The translations under genes were made by a program, and so were the position numbers. Positions 1-12,958 of a stretch of 64,000 nucleotides of DNA are shown here, one piece after another. Position 1 is the stretch's first letter, and every line of letters starts with the position of its first letter. The notes under the pieces were generated by a model, which saw only the letters and a list, made by a program, of their open reading frames with translations, did not search any database and was not told where the DNA came from. This stretch comes from Octopus sinensis (Eukaryota): the NCBI RefSeq assembly GCF_006345805.1, contig NC_043009.1:71982001-72046000 (forward strand). The letters run 5' to 3'.

Positions 1-606
1 ATTAATCCTGGCAACATGAAAAAAGGTACCCAATAGTCTCTTTAAAGTGGATGGCAAATCAAGTACAGGCAAAGCAGGACTGAAAGACCTCTTTAGTCTT
101 ACCAACACCAACACAATCTCTCTCTCTGGAGATTTGCTGTTACACACACACACACACACACAAAAAAAAGCTACAGCCAGGGCAGTGTAAAGTGGGCAGT
201 GTTAGGAAGGGCATCCAACTGTAGACATGCTACCCAGACTGAGACACTGGAACAAGACATGGTCCTTCAACCCTTTAGATCCTGTCAAACTGTGCAACAT
301 AAGCCAGTAGAAAAACAGAAGCATGACAATTTTATATAAATATATGCTGAAGTGAGACTGTATGACATTTATCCATTTCCCAAGTATAAATATGCTCCAG
401 GTTGGCCTTAGCCATGATGGCTAAAACAAATAAGTGACATATGTAAAAGGAGTTCAATACAATCAGAAATTAAAACATGATCCCAGAATAAATGGCTCCT
501 TGAGAGATAAACTCTACAGGGAACCATTTGATCCTAGACTTATTAGCTCTCTGGGAGACAATCTCTACAAAGGATCACAAATTTAATGCAAAAACAATTG
601 TAATAG

Positions 607-950
607 GGTATGATTGTGTGGTAAGAAGCTTGCTTCCCAACCACATGGTACTATAGCCTCAGGCTGACCAAAGCCTTGGGAGTGGATTTGGTAGGTGGAA
701 ACTGAAAGAAGCCTGTCATGTATGTGTATATATATATGTATGTATGTATGTATATGTATATATTTGTGTGTGTATGTGTGTTTGTCCCCGCTACCATCAT
801 CTGACATCTGATGTTGGTGTGTTTAGATCCCCATAACTTAGCAGTTCAGCAAAAGAGACTGATACAATAAGTACTTGGTTTACAAAGAATAAGTCCTGGG
901 GTCGATTTCTTTGACCAGAACCCTTTAAGGTGGTGCTCCAGCATGGCCAC
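607..950 (+). mobile_element. tRNA-derived SINE (family A), CpG-decayed, 3' end interrupted by a fold-back MITE
   Basis: Head TGTGGTAAGAAGCTTGCTTCCCAACCACATGGT, central (TA/TG)n, and tail AAGAATAAGTCCTGGGGTCGATTT...GGTGGTGCTCCAGCATGGCCAC are shared with copies at 3155, 3885 and 8518. Confidence 0.85.
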
Positions 951-1215
951 AACCAAGGAAGGACAAGTATCTCAAGTCATTTATAGTAATGTAATTAGGG
1001 CAAGGTGAATTTGAAGTCTTACAGCTGTTTCTGGGATATCCCAAATAATAGGCTAGCATGTCCGTACATACCTTGTCACTGACAACAGGATACCCAGTAT
1101 ATGGACATATTGGCCTATTACTTGGGATGTCTCAGAAACAGCTGTAAGACTTCAAATTCACCTTGCCCTAATTAAATTATCATAAATGACTTGAGATATT
1201 CGTCCTGCCTTGGTT
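951..1215. mobile_element. Fold-back MITE: ~265-bp near-palindrome
   Basis: The left arm AACCAAGGAAGGACAAGTATCTCAAGTCATTTAT...GGCAAGGTGAATTTGAAGTCTTACAGCTGTTTCTG is the reverse complement of the right arm CAGAAACAGCTGTAAGACTTCAAATTCACCTTGCC...ATAAATGACTTGAGATATTCGTCCTGCCTTGGTT. Confidence 0.85.
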
Positions 1216-1235
1216 TTTGTTGTCCTTTTCCTCTA

Positions 1236-1301
<66 letters not shown>
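1236..1301. repeat. (CA)n microsatellite; representative of many CA/TA/CT/AAT/GAT microsatellites in the window
   Basis: Direct observation. Confidence 0.95.
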
Positions 1302-1304
<3 letters not shown>

Positions 1305-2089
1305 GTGTTACTTGTCAAATGACAGGTAACTTTGGAAGTATACTTTTGCCATCATGGGTAACAGTCACTATCAATATTAAATATATATATAAATACACAC
1401 ATATATGGCTATCTAAACCAGAGGTGGGGAAACACCCACCTGCAGGCACAATTGCACCCACAGGCTGGTATACTCATGTACGAAATATAGTAAACTTTTC
1501 AGTTATAAAATTTATACAATAATCGTATGCCTCTTTGCGACATAGGTAGCATTTCTATGATGATTTAAAACTGTTAGACTCAAGCAAAATCGTCCAGTAA
1601 TTGTCATTTGAATGGAAATTTTGTTTTCACTATAAAATACATATTGCTAGGTTTGTGTCACCTCCATGAGACCCAACTATGCTCTAACTGAAAAATAGAG
1701 AGAGTTCATAAGTAAAATAAATGTTCTAAATTCAATGGCGGTGTTAATGAAGATGTTACACATTAATTTAATGTGTTAAACTTATTTTTATTAATGTATA
1801 TTGAATTATATATAGATATATACAAGAGTTACACAGATATAAGAGTTAGAACTTGTGATCCACCTAAGGACCTTTTACTTTGGAAATTTTTGCCCATCGC
1901 ACTAAAATGTTTTGCCACCCCTAACAAAGCTGTTGCTTTTTTGCTTCCACTAACTGTTTCTCAAGTTTACCCTTCTACTTCAACTCTTGCCGTGTGTGTG
2001 TAAGTATTTGGAGTCTATTGACTATGCAGCTTTTACCATCCTCTTAGCATCTGTCATTAATGATCATTGATGAAAGTCCTATCAGTTCA

Positions 2090-2460
2090 ACTTGGTGAAC
2101 AGTCGGACGCATGAATGGCAGTCTCTGTCACACATGCCATATTTGTGGGTTGTTTTGTCACTGTTAGGTGCAGTGTCCTCTCTGGCATGCTGCTACCTGG
2201 TTCTGCTTCTTCCGTATAGAGCATTCAGTAGGATCCAAGCACAGCAGCAATATGATACGGAGGACAGGTTGTTGCCCATAGAGCTTCTCCTTCCTCTCCA
2301 TATCATTGATGGATCCAAAGGATCAGCACAGTCATAACAATCTGGTACCAGCATCACAGCTGGAGTTCCGAGAATGAAGTTGTACACAATGTTGAACTTC
2401 CATTAGGGGGCTTCTACTCCTGATATTCCTCTGAGTTTATTCCTGAAGCCTTCCCCATGG
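2090..2460 (-). mobile_element. Degenerate RTE LINE 3' coding end
   Basis: A minus-strand frame reads ...KTTHKYGMCDRDCHSCVRLFT, which resembles the RTE C-terminal C-x2-C-xR-xCxSRIGLxSH motif. All frames contain several stops. Confidence 0.35.
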
Positions 2461-2636
2461 CTGAGTATTGGTAATAATTTAGCCGAGGTTTGAAATGAAA
2501 GTTTTGAGGAATGTGGAACCACTTCTTACCCATTGTTGTGCCCAGATCTATTCTGGCCCCAGAGTATTAGCATCACCCAGTCAATACTTGTCAGTTTTCT
2601 TTTGTCATCTTTTAACTTATGTTAACCCATTCTGTA

Positions 2637-2676
<40 letters not shown>

Positions 2677-3154
2677 AGGTGAAGCATGACTGGAAAATCC
2701 ACCAACCCATTAACTAATGGTTACACTGGCTATTATCATTACCATTCAAAAAATTCTGCTGAGATAGACTTTGCTGTTCATCCTTTCAGGATTGATGAAA
2801 TAATTACCAGTTTCATAAGGGGGGGGGGTCAATCGATATAATCGACTAGACCTTCCCACAAAATCTCAGGCCTTGGGCCTTTAGTAAAAATAATCATTAT
2901 TATCATTGAAAGGGAGCAAGCTGGCAGAATCATTAGCATGCCAGGCAGAATGCATCTCATCTGTCTTCATTCTGAGTTCAAATTTTGCCAAGGTTGACTT
3001 AGCCTTTCATCCTTTAGGAGCCAATAAAATAAGCATCAGTTGAGCACTGGGACGAATGCAATTGGCTTATCCCTCACCTACTGACCTAGCTGGCCTAATT
3101 CCACAATTTGAAACCAATATTATTATCATTCATACACACATACATACACGCACA

Positions 3155-3330
3155 GGCGCATGAGTGGCTGTGTGGTAAGTTGCTTGCTTACGAACCACAT
3201 GGTTCCGGGTTCAGTCCCACTGCATGGCACCTTGGGCAAGTGTCTTCTACAATAGCCTCAGGCCAACCAAAGCCTTGTGAGTGGATTTGGTAGACGGAAA
3301 CTGAAAGAAGCCTGTCATATATATATATAC

Positions 3331-3362
<32 letters not shown>

Positions 3363-3562
3363 GTGTGTGTGTGCATATGTTTGTCCCCCTCAACATTGCT
3401 TGACAACTGATGCTGGTGTGTTTACATCCTCGTAACTTAGCAGTTCAGCAAAAGAGACCAATAGAATAAGTACTAGGCTTACAAAGAATAAGTCCTGGGG
3501 TTGATTTGCTCGATTAAAGGTGGTGCTCCAGCATGGCCACAGTCAAATGACTGAAACAAAGC

Positions 3563-3568
<6 letters not shown>
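3155..3568 (+). mobile_element. tRNA-derived SINE (family A), full length
   Basis: Starts GGCGCATGAGTGGCTGTGTGGTAAG (A box), has GGTTCAGTCCC (B-box-like), and ends CAAATGACTGAAACAAAGCAAAAGAG. Confidence 0.9.
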
Positions 3569-3593
<25 letters not shown>

Positions 3594-3884
3594 CATGTAT
3601 ATACCTGTAGAATAAAGTTGGAAATTAAAGTTATCAAGTGCACCAAGACCTTAATTTCTTCAAATGTATGTTTTAAGTATGACAGACTACAACTCTAAAC
3701 AAAAGTAAGGTGGTGCCCCACCAACTTCCCTTTTCCGTAATTTTTGGGTTTGACTTGTGTTTTATTTTTTTAAACCATGTTTTAAATATCCAATATTATA
3801 ATTTTTTAAAACTAGAATTTTAAAAAAATTTATTGTCCCATTCCCCACATTTCATTACTTTCGCTTATGACTTTCTCTCTCTCT

Positions 3885-4292
3885 CTTTTACTTGTTTCAG
3901 TCATTTGACTGCGGCCATGCTGGAGCACCGCCTTTAGTCGAGCAAATCGACCCTGGGACTTATTCTTTGTAAGCCCAGTACTTATTCTATCAGTCTCTTT
4001 TGCCGAACTGCTAAGTGACGGGGACGTAAACACACCAGCATTGGTTGTCAAGCAATGCTAGGGGGACAAACACAGACACACAAACATATGCACACACATA
4101 CATATATATATATATGTATATATATATATGACAGGCTTCTTTCAGTTTCCGTCTACCAAATCCACTCACAAGGCATTGGTTGGCCCGGGGCTATAGCAGA
4201 AGACACTTGCCCAAGATGCCACGCAGTGGGACTGAACCCAGAACCATGTGGTTGGTAAGCAAGTTACTTACTACACAGCCACTCCTGTGCCT
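3885..4292 (-). mobile_element. tRNA-derived SINE (family A), full length
   Basis: Reverse complement of the 3155-3568 family with most CpGs retained. Confidence 0.9.
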
Positions 4293-4939
4293 ACTTTCAT
4301 CGATTATTTTTTTTTTCCAGATTTACATTGAAGCTTACACTTATCTAAAAAAAAATTCAATCATTTAGCACAATTTTGAAATTTCAAGTTCTTTTGTTTT
4401 TTTTTTTTGATAGTTTGTTTCCTCCCAGGTAATGTTTCCTTAGATATTTTCTTATATATTTTGAAATTTCAGAAAATTTTCAAATCAAATAAATTGGAAA
4501 ATAATTGAAAAGTTACACATATCTTTGAAGAATCACATTTAAACCATAAATTAAGGGGCAAAAAACAAAAACAAAAAATTAAAATTGGAGAAATGCAGAC
4601 AAGGGTAGGGCATCACTCCATATACTTGCCATTTTTTCTCACAGAAATGTAATCCATGATACTGTAAACATGTCCAGAGGAATGATGGCTTTGGGCACAC
4701 AAGGAAATTTCTGACTCCATAGAAAAACACACACACACATATATATATATATATATGACATATATATAATATACATATATCAATATATACATAGCATAAT
4801 ATACATATATATATGTATATATATGAATAGTATAATATACATTATACATACATGCTTTTATGTTGAGTTGTAACAGACACAATTTTACCTTAAATTATAG
4901 AATTACTAATACTCTTTGTAGAGTACATATTTAATCCGC

Positions 4940-5055
4940 TTTTACAAAAACAAAAAGCATTGCCAGTGACTTCGAAGTTTCGGCCTGCTACCTATATACA
5001 CTGGACAATCTCAAGAACAGGCCGAAACCTCAAAGACACTGTCAACCCTATTCTT
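4940..5055. mobile_element. Small palindromic element, hammerhead-derived arms; same family as 37495-37622
   Basis: CAGTGACTTCGAAGTTTCGGCCTG ... CAGGCCGAAACCTCAAAGACACTGTC form an imperfect inverted repeat. Both arms match the corresponding arms at 37.5 kb. Confidence 0.65.
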
Positions 5056-5454
5056 AGGAAACAATGACGTGTGTGTGTGTGTGTGCAGGCACACAGTTAA
5101 ACAAAGGCAAGCAACCTTTCCTGCAGCCACACACGTGTATAAACAACAACATTGGCAAATACACAACACATGCATGTAGCCATCTACACACACACACACA
5201 CACAAATACTTATACACACACACACACACACAAATACTTATACACACACGCGCGCGCGCACAGTTCTCAGAGACAAATAAAAAGCAAAATTAACAACACC
5301 CACGACACGCACGGGTGCACACACATGTATGTGTGTATATATATATATATAAACAACACTGACATACACAAACACCTCCTCCTCCCCTCAACAAACCCGT
5401 CACTCGTGTTCGCCATGGTCGGAAACTTAGAAACGTACGGAAACACATCTTTCG

Positions 5455-5860
5455 TCTTCGCTTTTATTTTGCTTCAGTGCGGTCATGCTGGAGCACCTCC
5501 TCCAGAGGTTTCTTTCTATTTGACAAATCGAACCCAGTCATTGTTTATTCCATCCGTCGCTTTTCGGCTGAAGCGCTAAGTTACGGGGACATAAACAGAC
5601 CAACACCGGTTGTCAAGCGTTGGTGGAGTGGACAAAGCACAACACACACGCATTTATTCTTCTATATGTTTCAGCCCTGAGGTTGCGGCCATGCTGGGGC
5701 ACCGACATTTTATATACATATATATACACACGATATATACATATATATACACACACACGAGTGGCTTCGACACAGTTTCTGTCTACGAAATCAACTGACA
5801 AAGCTTTGGTCGACCGTGGGGCACTTGCCCCATGGTGTCATGCAGTAGGGCTGAATATAC
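5455..5860. mobile_element. Rearranged SINE family A fragments
   Basis: Minus-strand tail pieces (GCGGTCATGCTGGAGCACC; TTCGGCTGAAGCGCTAAGTTACGGGGAC) and a body piece GTCTACGAAATC...AAAGCTTTGGTCGACC. Confidence 0.7.
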
Positions 5861-6028
5861 ATTTTGATAACAATATACACACACCTACATCTACAGGCTA
5901 TATAAACTTACGCAGCGTCGCTATTTACTCACATTTATACGCATTTGTACGAGTGTGTGTGTGTGTATATGTGTTTGTGCGCGCATACATATAAGTATAA
6001 ATACCTCTGTATGTATGTATATACATAC

Positions 6029-6100
<72 letters not shown>

Positions 6101-6368
6101 AGCACATACAAGCGCATGCATACATTGCATTCTTATATGTACACATGTCTGTTCGCGTGTATATATATATATACACACTCTCAATGGTATCCCAGAAATG
6201 ACGGCTCGAAATAATATTTTCAAAACAAATACTTAACAACAGTTTTATTGATTTAAATTTTTGTGCGAATGCGATAAAAGCATTTAAATTCCAAAGCAAA
6301 TACAGACGTCTGCGTGTGTTTGTTTGTTTCTTGCAGATAAGGTGTGTATAGAATGTATATATACTTAC

Positions 6369-6393
6369 AAGAAGGTGTAAACATATCCAAAAA
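6369..6393 (-). other. Candidate small exon (possible start-codon exon, MFTPS...) of an unidentified minus-strand gene
   Basis: The minus strand reads TCGTCTGCAG|TTTTTGGATATGTTTACACCTTCTT|GTAAGT: a pyrimidine-rich acceptor, an ATG at 6384 and a consensus donor. No partner exons were found. Confidence 0.25.
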
Positions 6394-6829
6394 CTGCAGA
6401 CGACAATCCGGTGTGTTGAAGGAGAGAGAAAGAGTTTAGAATGGAAGAGGCAGACGACAAAAGATAAGTGGGAGACGAGTGTGAGTGGGAGGGAGAGAGA
6501 CTTACAGACAGAGTGAGAGGGAGATATAAGAGTGAAAGTGAAGGACTCAGAGTAAAAGTGAGAAGTAGAAAGTAATAAGAGGAAGGGAGATTGAGTGAGA
6601 GGATGACAGAGTAAGAGTGAGAGACACTGATTGAGAGAGTGAGAGAGAGAGAAGGAAAGACAGTGACAAAGAGAGGGGGAAACGCAGGATAAAAGTAAGA
6701 GAATGAGAGTGAAGGAAACTGATTAAAAGTGAAGGAAGGAGAAGAAGTGAGTGAGAAGTAGAAAGAGAGAAAGGGAGAAATAGATGTGGAGGAGAGGCTT
6801 AAAAACTATTTCCCACGGTTTGGTGGGAC

Positions 6830-7060
6830 ACTTCGATCGTTGTTGTTGCTTAGCTGCTCTAAGTCAGCTCTGATCGAGTTGACAAACTTATGATCAAAGA
6901 CATTTCAGCCATGACCATCTTGTCATAAAGTACATCCAACACCATATCACTCATTCTTTGTGCTGTTCTTCTTTATTAAGACAAGGAGAGTGAAACTTGA
7001 AAGAGATATGGCAGCTATTTCTAGCATGCCGAGCGACTAAGTAGAGGCTTTTCTTATTTC
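6830..7060. repeat. Dispersed repeat family (GCTGCTATTTCTAGCA...AGAGGCT motif); related pieces at ~11760-11940, 12660-12850, 13100-13350, 23880-23980, 61320-61390
   Basis: The shared motif GCAGCTATTTCTAGCATG...TAGAGGCT recurs at these sites. Confidence 0.6.
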
Positions 7061-8517
7061 TTGATCACCGATGTTTTTTATTCAGCGTTTTTTCTTGTAT
7101 AATGAAGTTAGCAGCAGCAGCAGCAGCAGCAGCCGAGGCGGAGGCGGTGAAGTGAGGGGGAGGATATTGGTGTCAGTGGTAGTAAGAGGAGAAATGAGGA
7201 AGGGATAATGGGGGGGGGAGCGGCGATGGTAACACCACAACGATAATAGAAGTGTGAGATGGCGCTGGCGGTGGTGGTAGCAGAGTAATAATAGTAATAC
7301 TAATGGTAAATGGCAGAAAGTATTGGAGTAGTAGTAGTAACTGTTGTTTAACTTCTGAGCAACTCTTATGATTAACGTCGCTCCAAAAGTGTCCATCCCG
7401 TCATTTTGTAAATCTAAGACTACAACTGGAAGATGTCTCCTGTTTTGAGGGAATTTTGTTGCTATTTCTAATAGATGGGGCGACTCCATAGAGGCTCCCT
7501 CCTTAATTCGACCAGTAATTGTGGGCGTTGATAGCGATGAGTGGGGCGGTGATGGTGGTGTTTTGGTAGATCGAATAATAATATCAGCAGCAGCAGCGGT
7601 ACCAGTGAGAAAGTGGTAGTCGTAGAGGCGAGGAAGGACTGTCAGTTGAATAGGAGGATGTGGAGTAAGGGTCGAAAGGAAGGTTATATATAAATATATC
7701 GTATATGCACATGCATATGCTGCTAGCTCCAGAGTAAATACAATGAAAGAAAGAGGGGGAGGAGAAGTAAATAAAAAAAAAGAGGGGAATAAAATAGTAG
7801 CAGAGTGAGGGGAAGGGGGCCATGAAGAAAGATGAAGTAAAAGAGAAGGAGAAGAATATGAAGGGGTAAAAAAAAGGGAAAGGAATAAAGAGAAGACAAA
7901 GGGCAAGTTTATATTGATTTCTGACCAACTGCAAATATCTATTATAGATATCTAGTTTATTAATAGCCAGTGGGGCCGGGGAGAGGATAAGGGAAAGAAA
8001 GAGTGTATGCATGCATAGGAATGTTCAATGGAAGGCATCTATGAATGAAATGTAGAAGCAGAGTTCAACCAAAAACATTTGCCTGAGACTCTGTGTGTGT
8101 GAATGTCCATGTTTTCAGAGAAGAGAAAGAAGTGCCGAACCCACAGACAGAGAAGGAGACAAAATTAGCCTAAACAATTTCTCTCAATAAAGCAATAGTT
8201 GATTTTTTACCTTACAAAGACGACTGTTGCTCTATCAGTCGACCATTCTTATGCCAGAAACAAAATAGGGTTGATTTCTTTAGGAATGCTTGAATAATGG
8301 GGAATGCTGGAATTCCCCAATGATGTGCTTTGCAGGAAGAACATGCAGCTAAACAGGGGCTAACGTGCTTAATGTAGGGAGCCCAAAACAAAAAGAAAAA
8401 TTTCAATTAAATTTATACTCATAATGAAGAAAAATAATATAATTTGCTTCAATGATAATTCTTGTCAAGAAAGCCAAGGGAGACAAACTTTTAAACCCCA
8501 AATAAACTTCAGATGTA

Positions 8518-8870
8518 TGCTGGCATGGCTATGTGGTAAGAAGCTTGCTTCTCTACTACATGGTTCAGGGTTCAGTCCCACTGTGTGGCACCTTGTGCAA
8601 GTGTCTTTTACTATAGCCTCGGGCCAACCAAAGCCTTGTGAGTGGATTTGGTAGATGGGGTCTGAACGAAGCCCATCGTGTCTGTGTGTGTTTGTCTACC
8701 GCCCCCCCTCACTGCTTGACAACTGGTGCTGGTGTGCTTAATTCCTCATAACCTGACAGAATAAGTCCAACGCTTTAAAATAATAAGTCAAATGGTCAAT
8801 TTGTTCAACTAAAACCTTTCAAGGTGGTGCTCCAGCATGGCTGAAATCAAATGACTGAAACAAATAAACG
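8518..8870 (+). mobile_element. tRNA-derived SINE (family A), degenerate
   Basis: Head GGCTATGTGGTAAGAAGCTTGC and tail GGTGGTGCTCCAGCATGGCTG...AATGACTGAAAC. Confidence 0.8.
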
Positions 8871-11800
8871 AATACAATGGAGAGTAAGTTCCATCTTTGA
8901 TACATTTTGGACTCATTAAGCTGTTGCAGCAAAATATAGTCTAAACCAGAGTGACAAATATATGGTCTTTGGTAATGCTAAGTCTCACCTCTGGCTCCAT
9001 TTTATAAAAGAAATATTTTGTAATTCCACAATATACTGTAAACTAAATATCACATGTTCAGAGTTGGAGCCATGATTAACCTTCTTCTCATTCGAGGAAT
9101 TTTCATAAGTTTGTTCTAAATACCCAAGCTTGTTTTCAAACCTTCAGTCAGCTTTGCTTTCATAAGTTCCAAGTCACTCAAATAGCTGAACAAATTTGGG
9201 AATGTATCTCATATGTGAAGGTCGTGTGTGTGATACACACAGGACAAATAAAGATTTAACATTAATTCCAATTAGTCAAATCACAGCTTACAGAATATTT
9301 TCTTCTCTTAACAAATAAAAAAAAACTTATGAATCTATGTAAATAATAAAAAGTTTTACCTATCTTCTTTTCAGCTTAGCTAAAAAAAACAGCTGATTTC
9401 TTTTATATGCAATGTGCATGTTCATCTAATTGGATTCTCTCTCTCTCACTCCCCTCTCTCTTTCTTTCCCCCCTCTGTCTCATAGACATAGTATTGACGG
9501 TTATAATTTTTCAGACAAGTAACCCACTTTTTTGAGATGTATAATGTGTTAATATATAAGAGGCCTCTATTGAAAGCTAATGTGTAACTTCCACCAGCCA
9601 CATTGATCAATTACCAGAATGTTGTGAGCATCTAATATTCTAGATGCCAGGCACCAAGTCTTGGTCTTCACTTGGCTAGATTTGTAGTTCTGTTAAATAA
9701 AGTGACAAGCTATAGAAAAACATGCACACATCTGTGAATGCTGCCATCACAGTGCATATCTGTGACTCGTCAGCCTTGGCATACAGAGCTCTCAGGACAG
9801 AGGAGTTTGCAGCAGATGAACTGCCTTATAAGTAAAATTAATCCTTTCCAAGAAATGGGAAAGTAGAGACACTAGTCTGGTAAGAAAAAAACTAAGCAGC
9901 CAGGTAATAGTGTACAATGGAGACAATGTACATATTTGCCATTTCTGCCCAACCTTTCAGAGACAGCTCTCCCTCATTCTATTTGTGGATGAGACTAACC
10001 ATCCTACCCATAACCTCATCCCAGTTCCTATCCACTCTGAGATCCAGACCAAATGGGAACAGCATAACAATAATTCATTATGGCTATTAATTAAATCACC
10101 AGAGTCTTAGGAATAATTCAATATGAATGCTCTGTTAAGACACCGAATAAAGTCAATTATTACATAAGTGTGACAGTATCTAAATTCAGACTTAAGTTGC
10201 ATAACCATGTACACTCCTTTAAGTCTAAGAAAGTCAAACAGCACCTCTCTGGTTAAATTCATCTGGAACCTCAAGCAGAAAAATATCAATTTCATGGTTG
10301 ATTATAAGTCTATACAAAGGGGGTGAGGGTAGCTGTAATTTGTGCTCAATAGAAGTGTTGGAAATTCATAAATATAGGTCTAATTAATAAACATAATGAA
10401 TTTTTGATTCAATGCTCCAACTTATTTAATAAAACTTCCCACTTAAAAATTCCACCTAACTTGATGCAAAGAGTATTAATAGTGATATTCTTACCCTTTT
10501 AATTCTCTCGCCTCTCATTTGAATTATTTCTTATGTAATCAGTCAATCAGATATTTCTTAACTAATGTATCTAATTTAATTTTAATGCAACATTAATTAC
10601 AATTTAATTACAAATAACCCAAAATTCTAGACTTGGTAACAAATTTTTTCTGTGCCTCTCTTCTACCCGACTCCCTATTTCTTTTTTTCTACTTTAGTTC
10701 CTTTCAAGTCTCATCTCTTTAATAACTTACTTTTTTATTTAATACAACTACTACTACTTTTACAGGGTACCTCTGAGATAGTAGTAATCAACTACAATTT
10801 CTTTGAGTTTTCTGATCTTATCTTTTAAATTCCTTTCTCTCCACCAGCATACATGCAAACAATTAATTCAACAATCTCCTGACCTGTCAGAGCCAGTGTA
10901 CGGTCTGATTTATAATAGAGAAACTCAATGAAACTGATATGTTCCTTATCTTCATCAGCTATCTACTGCAATATCACCTGGACCAATGGAAACTTACTGG
11001 TTAAGTTATTTCTTTGATATTCTCTACCTTATCACCTCTCACAATATTTATTGGAACCAACTCAACATATACTCCAGTATTACTAATTGAATTGATTTGA
11101 AGAGATGGTTAGTGGTACTGTCATTGATTATTGTATGGATTTACATAATTATTTATATGTATAAACCTGGCACAAGCAACCTTTTATGAGAAACAGGTGG
11201 TATGAGACATGGCTCATCACCAGGTGGGCAACACTATTAAAAAAATTTAGGGTAATTCTTTGTCAAGTGTGCTATTCAGAAAGTCAGGTGAGCTGCTGCT
11301 TGCTCACGATTGGTATAAACCAAAGTACGAATTGATAAAATGATTCCACTAATTATTGAAATGATCATAACCATTTCTTAAACATATGTAATACCATCAT
11401 CTTTGTTTGTTTGCTTATAATTAAACTATGCAATCTATTTACCACTTAATTTACTGTTTCAAAAGAATATCCAACAGATTAAATGAATAAAAAATACTTA
11501 TTTCCCTCATTACGCATTTTGTTAGCCAGAATTTTGTGTGAGGTGTTTGACTGAGGCAGTTGCATGGATTTTCTAAATCCCTTCTTTCTCTCACTACACA
11601 TACACACACACACACACATGCACACACACAAAATTGGCATTACAGCTGTTTCTCAGTTGATTACAAATTTCCCATATTACCTTGTTGTTCGCAAGGGGGA
11701 CCAGCAGGTAGCAGAGACCAACACCTAAAATATCAGTTGTTGTTTATTCCTGGGTGAGAAGTGACAAAGCAGACTCATATCCAAAGCAATCCAGTCAGGC

Positions 11801-12847
11801 CCATCCTGTCTGTATATCTAGAATTGTTCTATTCAGTGTGGTGTACTTATCTGAAGTCATTAAGTTGTGATTTGAAGGAATTTAGCTGCTATTTCTAGCA
11901 GATGGAGCAACTGTATAGAGGCTCTCTCATTGATCTGTGTACCTAGAATAGTTAAAGGTCATACGGGTACACTGGTATGCAGTGAGTGGCTTGTTGTTTA
12001 GGAAGCAGTGACATAACACTTGTTTATCTGTATGTGCTACTATCTACAACTACACACACACACACACACACTCACATAACATGTTCATATATACACAACA
12101 CAATTTATATTTATATTCAATGCACGCATGCATTACACAATATATATCTATACAGTTCTATATATATACACACAAACACTTTCGCAGACAAACAGTGACA
12201 CACCAAAACACATCCATGCAGTTACACACATACACACATTGATACACCACACACCTATGCATATAAAAATATGCTCACACACACACTAACACACCATAAA
12301 CTCACCCACATTGTACAACACACACACACACACACAACACCCATACAGACATGCATTTGAAGCCGAAGGGGCTTCTATGTTGCTGCTCTCCCTCAGATTA
12401 CACCCAACTGTCTTTAGAAGAGATATATTGGACAATGAGGTTCTGGATTCCCTGCACATAACAAAAAGACAGGAGGGTCAAAGCTGGAATGTCTTTGACC
12501 ATAGGTCTTTACAAAATCAACAATAACATTTACACATAAAATTCACTCATTCACCCTGTACAAACACCAACGTTTACTCAAACACATACATAGAACCACA
12601 TCTGCACTCATACACATCTTTAAAGCATGCAACAAACACACATGCACACAGAAACCTCAATGAAGTCACACGAGTTGCTAGAAATAGCAGTCAAATTGCC
12701 ACTAAATTACATTCTACCCTCTCCTCTTAAAACATGACATATTTAATAGTTTTGGATACAGGATTAGCAACAGAAAGTTTGGAAGGTCATGTCTGGAATG
12801 CCCCTGATCAAAAGACTGCCAGATCGGACCAAATTAGGGCAAAATAC

Positions 12848-12958
<111 letters not shown>

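Larger units (their letters stand above)
5000..7900. promoter_or_regulatory. CpG-retaining, promoter/first-exon-like region
   Basis: CpG-rich unique sequence (GGCGGAGGCGG, GAGCGGCGA, (GCA)n) with long GA-rich tracts. SINE pieces here retain CpGs that the flanking copies have lost. Confidence 0.4.

Noticed and set aside
8212-8406. Minus-strand ORF with nearby donor-like GTAAAA/GTAAGG
   Set aside because: It has no recognisable protein similarity, and no coherent exon phase could be established.
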